DNA of 64,000 nt from a virus (taxonomy: Duplodnaviria > Caudoviricetes): positions 1 through 64,000 of IMG/VR virus record IMGVR_UViG_3300028591_000184. One strand, 5' to 3'. The position numbers were made by a program, and so were the translations under genes. Of this stretch, positions 47,622-57,154 are shown one piece after another; positions within the stretch are counted from its first letter, which is position 1; each line of letters begins with the position of its first letter. Under the pieces are notes generated by a model. It saw only the letters and a program-made list of their open reading frames with translations. It did not search any database and was not told the DNA's origin.

Positions 47622-48154
47622 TAACGACGTTTCTGAAAAGTGTTAGCAAATGTTAAATTGACAGCTGAGAAAAGCGTGAAACAAAAAAAATTGGGAGAAA
47701 AAATTTTTGAGAGGTGACCATCGCCTTTTTGACCCTCTTGGCACCCGTGGGGTGGGGGTGTAAAGATTTTTGATTGTTACTTACACTTCGCCATATAGAA
47801 GTGCTATTTACTTTCAGATTGTTACTTTTTGCCGTTTCATACTACATTATGTTATATAATATAGCGATTTTTTGCTTACAATTAACAAATTTTGGTAAAA
47901 AACCTTGACAAAAACCGCCCTGCGCTTCCCTCACGCTTTCACTTCATGTGAAAAACTTTTGACAAATTAACGATTTATTACAATTTATGTGTCATTTGTA
48001 AAGATTTTTGTCAAAAGTTTAACATTTGGCACTGAATATTTAACTTTAGCCTTATTTGTTTACACTCGTTAACATTTAACTAATTGATTTTCAATTAGTT
48101 ACGCACTTTCAGTTGGTGTAAAAATAGGGTATTGTATGTTTCGATTTATTGTCG

Positions 48155-48162
48155 TACCTTTG
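48155..48162 (+). promoter_or_regulatory. Bacteroidetes promoter for the early rightward region
   Basis: TTG 48132, 20 nt, TACCTTTG 48155. Confidence 0.75.
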
Positions 48163-48253
48163 CAGTACAAAATTAAAGAATATGTTTAACCAAAAGGAGC
48201 GGAACGGCAGCAGGCTCGCTGGCAATGTCAGAATTTAGGCTGTCACAAATATT

Positions 48254-48760
48254 ATGGGTAAAACTAAAGAAACGAAAGTCATGAATGTAGAAAGTGTAAA
48301 AACAGCTATCGAAAACGGTGAGGAGTTAACGTTATCACAGACGATAAACGCTTATCTGGCAATTCACGCAGTGGAACATTACTGCGCTGCCGTTGGTGCA
48401 AATGTGGAAGCAGTGCAGAAGTGTTTAAATTTGTGCCAAAAGGAGGAGGGAGTTTGGTGGCTCTATACCTGTCCTGCCATTGACGGCACGAACTCCGACG
48501 GCACGCAGCAACCGACAAAACAGGAGTGGAAAGAAAAGAACCCTGCTGCCGTAGAAGTGGGAAACATAAACGGGAAGTGCTGGTTTAAGCGTCCGTTTGT
48601 CATTGGTGACGCTCGAGGTGTGCGCAGTGTTGTTGCTGCCTTAGACAATTACACCGAAGCAAAGCGGACTGCAAAAGAGCGTGAAACGGCAAAGATAGCA
48701 GCCGCAGCCGCAGTGCTTGGGGTTGACGTTGAAACGTTGTTAGCTCTGAAAAAGAAGTAA
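48254..48760 (+). CDS. first early gene, hypothetical
   Basis: 168 aa with its own promoter and terminator. Confidence 0.8.
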   Translation: MGKTKETKVMNVESVKTAIENGEELTLSQTINAYLAIHAVEHYCAAVGANVEAVQKCLNLCQKEEGVWWLYTCPAIDGTNSDGTQQPTKQEWKEKNPAAVEVGNINGKCWFKRPFVIGDARGVRSVVAALDNYTEAKRTAKERETAKIAAAAAVLGVDVETLLALKKK

Positions 48761-48787
48761 GAAACGACACGACACGCACGAAAGCAG

Positions 48788-48820
48788 GGAGCACTTAAAA
48801 AAGTGCTCCTTCTTTTCTTT
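48788..48820 (+). terminator. Rho-independent terminator
   Basis: GGAGCACTT-AAAA-AAGTGCTCC followed by TTCTTTTCTTT. Confidence 0.8.
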
Positions 48821-48915
48821 CGCACTTTGTCAAATGTAGCTTGAATTTATTTCAAACGGTTGCAAGCCCGAACAAATACAGAGCAGACAAGTAATAACAA
48901 TTTAAACGAACGAAC

Positions 48916-49227
48916 ATGAACAGAACAGAGAAAATGATGGCTGAGCGTATGAAATGGCGCATCGGTCGTGGCGCAGGCTCGGTAGAGTTACAGCGCAGTG
49001 AATGGCTGAGGAAAACGAGAGCCGAGAGAAAACAGGACAATTCTTCCGTCATCCTCGTTGTTAACGGATGGCTTGAGTATCACCCGCAGACGATACGTCA
49101 GGCAAAAATCGAGGGACTGAGCATTATCAATCAGTTACGAGCCATGCCACACCATAAGCGTGACATCCTGACGGCTGAGGTTTATGACAAGAACACAATG
49201 ATAAAGTTATGGGAGGCAGAGCGATGA
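48916..49227 (+). CDS. hypothetical protein
   Basis: 103 aa after an A-rich leader. Confidence 0.65.
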   Translation: MNRTEKMMAERMKWRIGRGAGSVELQRSEWLRKTRAERKQDNSSVILVVNGWLEYHPQTIRQAKIEGLSIINQLRAMPHHKRDILTAEVYDKNTMIKLWEAER

Positions 49228-49397
49228 ACGAAGAATATTTCCTGTATTTCGGCAGCGGTGGTGGAACATGGCTGCCTTGCGAGAGTATTTTTGATGCTGT
49301 CAGACAGCGTGACGCATACGCAGGGCGTTGCGGTCATTCTGTCAAGGACTGGCACATCATTCAGAGGTTTAACGGATATTGGTTCGATATAGTATGA
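49224..49397 (+). CDS. small hypothetical protein
   Basis: ATGA overlap with the previous stop. Confidence 0.5.
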   Translation: MNEEYFLYFGSGGGTWLPCESIFDAVRQRDAYAGRCGHSVKDWHIIQRFNGYWFDIV

Positions 49398-49431
49398 AAA
49401 AGATATATGAATTTTTTAAGCAAATAAGATT

Positions 49432-49647
49432 ATGTTACATATAGTTGCTGAGCGGTTCCTGAGAATTGCAAACCGCCATTTGAATGAGTCAAAGATTTGG
49501 TCGGAAATATCGAGCAGACAGGAAGATTTTTTCGGCAAACGATACGCGAACAGGAAAGCGAGTGAGCATTTACAGATGGTTAAATACTGGTACATGGCAA
49601 TCGACAATCTACACTACAAGAAAGGAACGTGGGCGTACACGTTCTGA
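49432..49647 (+). CDS. small hypothetical protein
   Basis: 71 aa. Confidence 0.5.
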   Translation: MLHIVAERFLRIANRHLNESKIWSEISSRQEDFFGKRYANRKASEHLQMVKYWYMAIDNLHYKKGTWAYTF

Positions 49648-49659
49648 ACAACACAGAGC

Positions 49660-49910
49660 ACACTCAGTACGATAACTGAGTGTAATGTGGCTACCGATTT
49701 ATCGGTACTGGTTGCAAGCCCAGACAGACAACATTCAAGCGGTTAGAGCGTATGCCGAGGGGCGCAAGTCATAGCGGCAGCCGTTACGCAGGTGAAACCG
49801 ATAGCGAACGAAGACACATGGTGTCGGGCGTCGTGAAAGGGGAGTAGCCGAGAGGACAGCAGCCTGACGGCTGAAATGGTGAGCGACATGTCTACGTCCC
49901 GGTTCCTCTT
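49660..49910 (+). ncRNA. candidate GNRA-rich structured RNA
   Basis: ORF-free; hairpins capped by GCAA, GAAA and GAGA; begins ACACTCAG-TACGATAA-CTGAGTGT. Confidence 0.4.
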
Positions 49911-50639
49911 AAAAAATCATATTCTTTTAGATTATTATCTCATCTCGTGATGAGAGTACGATAATAGCCGGATGGCTACTTTCCGAGAGCGACTGCGTTA
50001 GCGCAGTACGATAAATCAGCGGATTTGTCGTGGTGGTTCCCGCCAAAAGTACGATAATTCATTTAATCACTTTAGCAGATTATCGGGTCGTGTGCTTTTT
50101 GAGCAGTACGATAATTGCCTCGTTTCAGTCTGATTTGATGTCGGGCTGGGCGTTGGTTGAGAGTTGTGTTGTTCGGGTACGATTACGGCTGCGTTGAAAG
50201 ATATTACGGGTGTAAGACCCACAGCATAAAGAATGGTTGGCAGAGGATTCAAAAACTGCCATTATCCCACGGTTGCGAGTGAAGATGCCGAAAGGGTCTC
50301 GCAGGAGAGAATGAAAACGATAATAAAAACGAAGTGGGAGAGACTACGAGAGCAGTACGATAATTCCGTATTGCTCTTGCCACAACCCAACTAAAAGTTA
50401 TGAAAAGAGTACTTTTGCATTTGCAGGCATTGGCATTATTTCTTCCGTGCCTGCTCGTTTTGAGCGATGGGCATTTCCTTGTGAATGTCCTCGGAGTTGT
50501 TTATGTGGCGGTTTTGTACCGCCTGAGTAGTACGAGAAAGGGAAAGAAATTCTTTCTCAGATACTACCATGAAATTCTCCGTTTGGAGAACATGATGTAG
50601 TCTTTCGCTGTGCATACCTGTCGGTGTGCGCAGTACGAT
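49667..50639 (+). repeat. hairpin+GTACGAT(AA) array
   Basis: GTACGAT at 49667, 49956, 50006, 50049, 50106, 50177, 50355 and 50633, all on +, mostly at the 3' base of a variable hairpin. Confidence 0.8.
50400..50600 (+). CDS. small two-TM membrane protein (cassette)
   Basis: Two hydrophobic helices; stop TAG overlaps AGTCT. Confidence 0.65.
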   Translation: MKRVLLHLQALALFLPCLLVLSDGHFLVNVLGVVYVAVLYRLSSTRKGKKFFLRYYHEILRLENMM

Positions 50640-50825
50640 ATTTTTCGGGTATAGATTTTTGAAGGCGAAGTCCTCTTGAGCCGTCCCGCCTGTGTTGTGA
50701 GCAGGGAAAACGACTGAAAATCGGACGCACGGAAGGAAAACCGTAAGACAATAAAACCTGAGCGAGTCTCGTAGGGGAGTGCGATAATACTCTCCTCTAT
50801 TTTATAAACCAACTAAAATAGAGTT

Positions 50826-51056
50826 ATGACAAATTATCGTTGCATCGTGACCATGAAGAATGGTTCACACAAAATCGTGCGCATGGCAAAGAATGTCATG
50901 GCACATGTAGTTTATGAGTTCAGAAAATATCAGCAGAGCATATTCAGCGACATTGTGTTGCTGGAGTTGCCGGCTGACGTATGGTTGTTGCTGAACGAGG
51001 TAAAGAACCTCGTTTTTATCAACGAGTACACGGGAGAGAAGCTTGAGATTGCGTAG
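50826..51056 (+). CDS. hypothetical (cassette)
   Basis: 76 aa bounded by junction motifs. Confidence 0.65.
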   Translation: MTNYRCIVTMKNGSHKIVRMAKNVMAHVVYEFRKYQQSIFSDIVLLELPADVWLLLNEVKNLVFINEYTGEKLEIA

Positions 51057-51104
51057 TCTTTCGGGAGTCTTGCATGGCTCCCACAGTTTAACCAATTAAA
51101 AGTT

Positions 51105-51290
51105 ATGAAAATTTACAAGATTGTGCACGACCCTGGCGGTTGGTGTGTAGCCTATTTCGCAGGCTTGCACGAGAATGGCGAAAGCCGTTGGCACAGAATT
51201 TCCAACCTCTACATGTACAGAGGTTGGGCTCAGGCGTTTGCTCGTAGGATGAAGATAAAAGTCATCAACTACGAGAGTTATTTCAAGTAG
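51105..51290 (+). CDS. hypothetical (cassette)
   Basis: 61 aa bounded by junction motifs. Confidence 0.65.
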   Translation: MKIYKIVHDPGGWCVAYFAGLHENGESRWHRISNLYMYRGWAQAFARRMKIKVINYESYFK

Positions 51291-51366
51291 TCTTTTCGGC
51301 ATGGGTGGGTTTTATTCGTTCGTTTGCCCGCCTGTGCTGACTATGTTTAACCAAAGAAAAGATGAT

Positions 51367-51573
51367 ATGAAGTATTTCAGAGTAAAAAAAGAGTACGATA
51401 ATGTTCGCAGGAACGATGTCGACATATTGGTACAGAATGAGTTGTATACAGAACGAGAGGTAGACAGGTTCAAAATACCTAAGAAGTATCTCGCCGTTGT
51501 CAACGTACGGAAGAACGACACATATTGGTTTTTCGGAGCACGTTTCTCGTCTGATGTTCCATATTCATCCTAA
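51367..51573 (+). CDS. hypothetical phage protein (cassette)
   Basis: MKYFRVKKEYDN...ELYT...YWFFGARF. Confidence 0.7.
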   Translation: MKYFRVKKEYDNVRRNDVDILVQNELYTEREVDRFKIPKKYLAVVNVRKNDTYWFFGARFSSDVPYSS

Positions 51574-51631
51574 AGTCTCAGCAGCCATAAAACGGCTGCG
51601 CTATTGTTTAACCAACTAAAAGTAAAAGAGT

Positions 51632-53323
51632 ATGTTATTTTTTAAAAATGCGTTTAAGAACTACGAGGAGTTCAAGGAACTCTTCGGAGTACAGGAACAC
51701 GGCAACGGAGAGAAGTCTCGTAGAAACAAAATCCTTCTGTCCTTGTATAAAAGCAAGGACATCTTGCACATGATGGCAAATCAGAAGGAGGTCTTCGAGA
51801 AAGGCGACTTTCGTTGGCTCTGCCGAAAGGAGTACCCGATGGGTGTAAGTTTCTACGACATAACGAGCATGACCTCGTTAGGTTTTGAAATTATGCACCT
51901 CCTCAAGAATGAGAGTTCTATGAGAGGTGTCTACTACCTTGACATCCCGCTTCTCGGGTCTGTAAAAAGTAGTCTGTTTGAGTCAGACGACTTTCACGGA
52001 TTGTGCGAGGATGGCGATGTCCGTTCCATCCGCTACGTCAACGTAGAGCGCCAGCGTGTCTTCAAGATGCGCGCAGGAAAATTCATGCGTAAGCTGATTG
52101 AGGAAAACGTGCGTCTCGACCAAATTCTTCCCGAGCAGGTGAAGATATGGTTCTGTGAGGATTTTGCCGAACGTTGGAAGGCGTATGCCTCCAACGAAAT
52201 CAACGACGACAGATATACGCTGTTTGTCAACGACAACTTCGAGGACATCTACGACAGCGGACGCTGCCGAGGAGATTTCGGCTCCTGCATGGTCAATGAT
52301 GGCTACTGGACTTTCTACCGAGATAGCGTGAAGGCGAAAGCCGCCTATCTGGAGGATAAAAACGGTGACATCGTCGCCCGTTGCATCATCTACACCGAGG
52401 TGCACGATGGTCTTGGAAATATCCTCCGCCTTGCTGAGCGTCAGTATTCGTCAGATGGTGACGAGACGCTGAAACGTTTGCTTGTCATGCGCCTCATCGG
52501 GGGTGGTCACATCGACGGCTACAAGCGTGTTGGTGCTGACTGTCATTCGCCGAAGGCGTTTGTCGATACCGACGGCAATGCGCTGAAGAATTGTGACCTT
52601 TGGATAGATTGTAATCTGAGAGACTACGATACCGTATCTTATCAAGACTCGTTCAAGGATTACGAACCTGACGAGTGTGTTGCAAGAAATTGTGACTCGA
52701 TTGATAACCTATCCATCACGGATGGGGTTTTCAATAGAGGCGAGTGGTCTGAGTACCACGATGAGTATATCTCCGAAAACGACGCATATTACGTCGAAAC
52801 AAGAGATGACTATTTCTATTATAACGAGGTAGTCAGTGCCAGCGTAATGCGGAATGGTAGGTATTATTCCGAGTACTGTTTCGAGGAAGACTGCGTCGAA
52901 ATCGGCAATAATTATTACTACGCCGGTCACAATGCAGAGGACTACGAGGACTATGGCATCGGACGATGCCCTGAATGTGGTAACTACTTCCTTGAAGACT
53001 GCGGGCATTATTCAGATGTCACAGACGAAACATACTGTGACTATTACTGTCTTCAAAAGGCAGAACAACGTTACAAGGAAGATAACTGGTTCTACTCAGA
53101 GTACGACGATGACTATTACGAGGACGGTGATGAAGTTGTGACGGCATGGAAGTGGGATTTTCTGCTCCACCGCTATGTGGAAACATCCATCCATTGCGAC
53201 TCTCTCAAAGAACTCTTTGAGGTCAATGAGGCTTCCTATTTTGAAGGGAGGTATTACCTCGACAAAGTCGGCTTCGACGGTGAACCTGCGCACATTGCCG
53301 CCGCCCAGCTCCATGTCGCTTAA
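51632..53323 (+). CDS. large hypothetical protein with SCM motif and acidic Cys/Tyr-rich C-terminus (cassette)
   Basis: GDFGSCM...AAYL...IVARCIIY...ERQYS core; CPEC and CDYYC repeats. Confidence 0.8.
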   Translation: MLFFKNAFKNYEEFKELFGVQEHGNGEKSRRNKILLSLYKSKDILHMMANQKEVFEKGDFRWLCRKEYPMGVSFYDITSMTSLGFEIMHLLKNESSMRGVYYLDIPLLGSVKSSLFESDDFHGLCEDGDVRSIRYVNVERQRVFKMRAGKFMRKLIEENVRLDQILPEQVKIWFCEDFAERWKAYASNEINDDRYTLFVNDNFEDIYDSGRCRGDFGSCMVNDGYWTFYRDSVKAKAAYLEDKNGDIVARCIIYTEVHDGLGNILRLAERQYSSDGDETLKRLLVMRLIGGGHIDGYKRVGADCHSPKAFVDTDGNALKNCDLWIDCNLRDYDTVSYQDSFKDYEPDECVARNCDSIDNLSITDGVFNRGEWSEYHDEYISENDAYYVETRDDYFYYNEVVSASVMRNGRYYSEYCFEEDCVEIGNNYYYAGHNAEDYEDYGIGRCPECGNYFLEDCGHYSDVTDETYCDYYCLQKAEQRYKEDNWFYSEYDDDYYEDGDEVVTAWKWDFLLHRYVETSIHCDSLKELFEVNEASYFEGRYYLDKVGFDGEPAHIAAAQLHVA

Positions 53324-53392
53324 TTAAGTCTCTAAGGGTGTGTCTTGCATGACACATCCGCTATATATAAACCAACTAAAATTTTATAGAAT

Positions 53393-54403
53393 ATGAACAA
53401 AGAATTATTATTCAATTTGTATGCCATCCACTCTCCGAGTGGTGGTGAGAAGAAGATGCGCAAGTTTATCAAAAGGTACATCGCACAGAACTGCGGTGAG
53501 GTAGAGGTCGTACAGGATGCTCTCGGCAATCTGTTATGCACGAAGGGGGTCTCTGACACCTATCCATGCCTTGCGTCGCACATCGACCAAGTACAGCATA
53601 AGCATTCTCGTGATTTCGTTTGTATCGAGTCACAAGGAGTGGTATTCGGTTTTTCTCCGAAATGCCGCGAGCAGCAGGGGCTTGGCGCAGACGACAAGAA
53701 CGGAATTTACATCTGTCTTGAATGTCTGAAAAAATACGATGTCTTGAAAGTTGCCTTCTTTGTAGGTGAGGAGGTTGGATGCGTCGGCTCTTCCGATGTA
53801 GACCTTACGTTCTTCAAGGACTGCAGGTTTATCGTTGAGCCTGACCGCAAAGGTCACGCAGACCTCATTACATCCATGTTTTGCGGTGAGGTATGCTCCC
53901 CTGAGTTTATAGCAGCTATCGGGGGTGACAAGTTCGGCTATCGCGAGGAGCATGGTTCCATCACCGATGTCGGCGAACTTGTCGAGCGTGGTGTTGGAAT
54001 ATCCTGTCTGAACCTGTCTTGCGGCTACTACGAGGCTCACACAGACCAAGAGTTCACGGTTCTGTCAGAACTTGAAAACTGTCATCATTTCGTTGAGACC
54101 ATCATTGAGACCTGTTCTGACGTTTTCCCGTTTGAGTATGTAGATAGATGGGGATATTATAATGGCTACGGTGGCTATTTTGGTGGCTTTCATCACTATG
54201 ATGAAGAATATTGGAACGGAGGGTATTACGATGAGGATTTCGACATGATGACAGAAATCCTCCACTCACGGCCAGGGATGACGTTTGAGGAGGTTTCAAC
54301 CGACTATGGTATCAATTTCTACACGCATAGGATGAGCGAATTGGAAGAAATCTACAATGATGTCAAAGCCCTGATGCGAGATGAAAAGAAGAAAGTCTCT
54401 TGA
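53393..54403 (+). CDS. M20/M28-family zinc peptidase (cassette)
   Basis: SHIDQV, GADDKNG, GEEVG, EPD, GYYEAHT. Confidence 0.85.
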   Translation: MNKELLFNLYAIHSPSGGEKKMRKFIKRYIAQNCGEVEVVQDALGNLLCTKGVSDTYPCLASHIDQVQHKHSRDFVCIESQGVVFGFSPKCREQQGLGADDKNGIYICLECLKKYDVLKVAFFVGEEVGCVGSSDVDLTFFKDCRFIVEPDRKGHADLITSMFCGEVCSPEFIAAIGGDKFGYREEHGSITDVGELVERGVGISCLNLSCGYYEAHTDQEFTVLSELENCHHFVETIIETCSDVFPFEYVDRWGYYNGYGGYFGGFHHYDEEYWNGGYYDEDFDMMTEILHSRPGMTFEEVSTDYGINFYTHRMSELEEIYNDVKALMRDEKKKVS

Positions 54404-54459
54404 GGTGTGTGTGGCGGGAAACCGCCATACACTAACAATATAAACCAAAATATATAATT

Positions 54460-54807
54460 ATGAACGAAGTGTATATCATCGAATTTGAAGCCTACCACCA
54501 TTATAGTGGTACGGATATGGAAAACAGAACCGAAAGGGCTGTCTTTGGTGTCTTCGACACAGGGCGAAGAGCCATCTGCTATCTGCGTCGGTTTCTTGAC
54601 GAGAAAGATAAATACTTAGAGTATTTTGACCACTATCTGAAAACGGAGGAAGATAAAGCTGGCTATATGTCGGCAGAGGCTCGCCGCAGGTATCGGAGTG
54701 AGTGTGAAAGCTACAAAGAACTCGTGACGGAAAGGTTGACGATGCGACGTATGCGTATAAACGAGCTCAGAGCTCCGAGTGAAGAGATAGTCGACCTGTA
54801 TTGTTAG
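54460..54807 (+). CDS. hypothetical (cassette)
   Basis: 115 aa. Confidence 0.65.
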   Translation: MNEVYIIEFEAYHHYSGTDMENRTERAVFGVFDTGRRAICYLRRFLDEKDKYLEYFDHYLKTEEDKAGYMSAEARRRYRSECESYKELVTERLTMRRMRINELRAPSEEIVDLYC

Positions 54808-54850
54808 TCTCTCATGTGACCTGTATGGTCACAGCCAAAAAATAACCAAT

Positions 54851-55174
54851 ATGCAAATCAGATTACAATTCATCAATGGTGTCTTCATGCCGACGGATGC
54901 CGTCAGTATACAGCGTCTTTCCGATACAATCAGGAGAGAGTACATACCGGAAAGCTTGTTTGACAGATATTCGCCAGTTCTCGTAAGAAATGGTTACTCA
55001 CTTTCCGTCGCTGGCTACAATCCAGAACCTACTACTGTGCCTCTTCGTACAACGACGGGATTGTGTGACAATACAAAGCCCGTCTCTAACCCATGTACGA
55101 AATGCCATCTGCGTGAAGTTTGCGACAGCGACGACTGCGGTCGTAAACTGTTCAGTCTCTTTAGCCGTAGATAA
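54851..55174 (+). CDS. hypothetical with C-terminal Cys cluster (cassette)
   Basis: CTKCHLREVCDSDDC. Confidence 0.65.
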   Translation: MQIRLQFINGVFMPTDAVSIQRLSDTIRREYIPESLFDRYSPVLVRNGYSLSVAGYNPEPTTVPLRTTTGLCDNTKPVSNPCTKCHLREVCDSDDCGRKLFSLFSRR

Positions 55175-55212
55175 AATACGGCACGAAACATAACCAATTA
55201 AAACGAAGTGAT

Positions 55213-55494
55213 ATGAATAACAACGCATGGAATTATTACAAGAGAGAAATCAGCCCCGCCGTTTGCAAGCTAAAGGAAAAGGTGTGGCCTAAGCCGTTTT
55301 GGTATGAGGTGTGGATTGACCTCGACGAACGTTTCGATGACGAGGTATGGCCTGCCATCAAAGGCCTGCCCGTTGAAGCAGCTGCAAAGTATGTGCTCGA
55401 CTGGCTTATTAACCAAGAACGTTTCTATTCTTCTCCGAGATACTATCAGATGCTTGACAGATTAGTTGCCGCTGCTGATTTTCAGCCGGCGTAG
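55213..55494 (+). CDS. hypothetical (cassette)
   Basis: 93 aa. Confidence 0.65.
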   Translation: MNNNAWNYYKREISPAVCKLKEKVWPKPFWYEVWIDLDERFDDEVWPAIKGLPVEAAAKYVLDWLINQERFYSSPRYYQMLDRLVAAADFQPA

Positions 55495-55548
55495 TCTTTT
55501 ATCTCCCCTTGCATGGGGAGAGCCATTAACCATAAAAACGAAACGAAT

Positions 55549-55806
55549 ATGAAGAAATTTATCCTGACGTATGTCGGTCTCAGCGATTCCGACTACGAGG
55601 CCAACGGCTACTCAGAAGCATTCCTCTTCGACACCATTGAAGATGCGAGACAACATTTGAAGGTGCTTGCCGAGAGTGAACGTTTCAACTGCGACGACGA
55701 AGGCTCTGAATACGAAATTCTCAAAGACACCGAGGACGAGTATCGTATGTCGTGGAGCGGGCACGGAGAGCAGATACGCCTTCAGATCCACGAGGTAAAT
55801 CTTTAG
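55549..55806 (+). CDS. acidic hypothetical (cassette)
   Basis: 85 aa, 20 D/E versus 8 K/R. Confidence 0.65.
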   Translation: MKKFILTYVGLSDSDYEANGYSEAFLFDTIEDARQHLKVLAESERFNCDDEGSEYEILKDTEDEYRMSWSGHGEQIRLQIHEVNL

Positions 55807-55873
55807 TTTTAGTTGGTTGGGGCGAGGAGGAGAGATACCTCCCGCCCTTTCTATTAACCAAAATTCAAAAAGT

Positions 55874-56098
55874 ATGGCTTACGCAATTTCACTTCAACAA
55901 AAAGGCCAGATTGTCGGGTATTTCTGGCTGACGAAAAAGTCTGCAAAAGTTACCCGCAATCCACACAAAAGACATGGCACTTTCTCTACGCTCTATGAAG
56001 CATTCAGCACTTTAGTATTTGATGCGAGACTACAACAAGTTTACGAAGGTGAATTTTCAAGACTATGCGGTTACAAAAAGAAAATTGTAGAAGTTTAG
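55874..56098 (+). CDS. basic hypothetical (cassette)
   Basis: ATG 55874 after a junction. Confidence 0.55.
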   Translation: MAYAISLQQKGQIVGYFWLTKKSAKVTRNPHKRHGTFSTLYEAFSTLVFDARLQQVYEGEFSRLCGYKKKIVEV

Positions 56099-56156
56099 TG
56101 TGTTCAGGTGCGGCTATGCTAATACATGACTGCACCTACTATCTAACCAAAATGTA

Positions 56157-56507
56157 ATGAATATGACACGAAAACAGATTTCGGCAGCAGAACAGACTCT
56201 GCCACCGTACAGAGAGCGTAGTGCAGAACAAGTGACGTTGGCAAAAGAACTGCGTTGTCGCAACATGATTAACTCTCTCATGATTTACGGCAACATCAAC
56301 AGCCCGTATAACGAACAGACAAAAGAATTTAATTTCTATTTGCATGATTATGTTTCAGGCGATGAGTTTTCTTTTCTTGGAACCAAACGTGTTCTTGAAT
56401 TAGTTCGCGAGCAGCAGGAGGATTTTAAGAAAGCCAAAGTGAATAACAGTGTCTATGTGGATTGTGAGGGTTGTTCTTATAACTCATGCACATGGGCTGA
56501 TGATTAG
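56157..56507 (+). CDS. hypothetical phage protein (cassette)
   Basis: CRNMINSLMIYG...DCEGCSYNS. Confidence 0.7.
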   Translation: MNMTRKQISAAEQTLPPYRERSAEQVTLAKELRCRNMINSLMIYGNINSPYNEQTKEFNFYLHDYVSGDEFSFLGTKRVLELVREQQEDFKKAKVNNSVYVDCEGCSYNSCTWADD

Positions 56508-56563
56508 TCTCGTATGTGGTGATGTCATCACCACAACCACGTCTAACCAAAAACTTTGAAAAT

Positions 56564-56833
56564 ATGATTAAGCAGTATGTAGTATTCGGAGATTATGCGG
56601 CAAACGCCGCATCCGAAGGTAATTTCACGAGAGTGAAAAGAATTTGCGAGGACTCACCGAACTCCATCGGCTACCGCACATTCAAGAGTGAAGAAGAACG
56701 TCAGGCGTACCTTTGCGGACTTGAAGATGCTACGGGATGGATGGAAAGCTATCCGCTTAGCACCGACGAAGTAAAAAAGCTATCCAAACGGATACGTCTG
56801 TCGGGCATTGAAGACCTTGCTGACAAATGGTAG
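56564..56833 (+). CDS. hypothetical (cassette)
   Basis: F.SE.ER.AY..GLED..GW motif. Confidence 0.65.
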   Translation: MIKQYVVFGDYAANAASEGNFTRVKRICEDSPNSIGYRTFKSEEERQAYLCGLEDATGWMESYPLSTDEVKKLSKRIRLSGIEDLADKW

Positions 56834-56884
56834 TCTTACACCCTCTATGTGAGGGTACGATTGTCTAACCCAAAACAAACGGAT

Positions 56885-57109
56885 ATGAGTCAAGAGAAAC
56901 GTCACATTTGGCTTCGCTGCGGCATGACCATCGAAGCCACTCCCGAGGAGGCCGAACGTATCATGCAAGGCGACTCCATCACTTTCGACAATGTTCTTAC
57001 CGAGGGCCGCTACAAGTTTGTCGGCGACAGTTACATTCCCGCCTGCGAGGTCGATGATTACAACGAGACATACGGAACGACTCACCTGAGCCGAAACGTA
57101 GAGTTGTAG
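56885..57109 (+). CDS. hypothetical (cassette)
   Basis: IWLRCGMT...DSYIPA. Confidence 0.65.
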   Translation: MSQEKRHIWLRCGMTIEATPEEAERIMQGDSITFDNVLTEGRYKFVGDSYIPACEVDDYNETYGTTHLSRNVEL

Positions 57110-57154
57110 AGTGTCTTTCGCGCCTACGGGCGCACTATTATTAACCAAAACCTT

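Noticed and set aside
49878-49906. Group II intron domain V (GAGCG...CGGTTC)
   Set aside because: The pairing is imperfect, there is no GUGYG 5' end or domain VI, and no reverse transcriptase.
49667-50639. CRISPR array
   Set aside because: The constant part is only 7-10 nt, spacing is irregular, and no cas genes are present.
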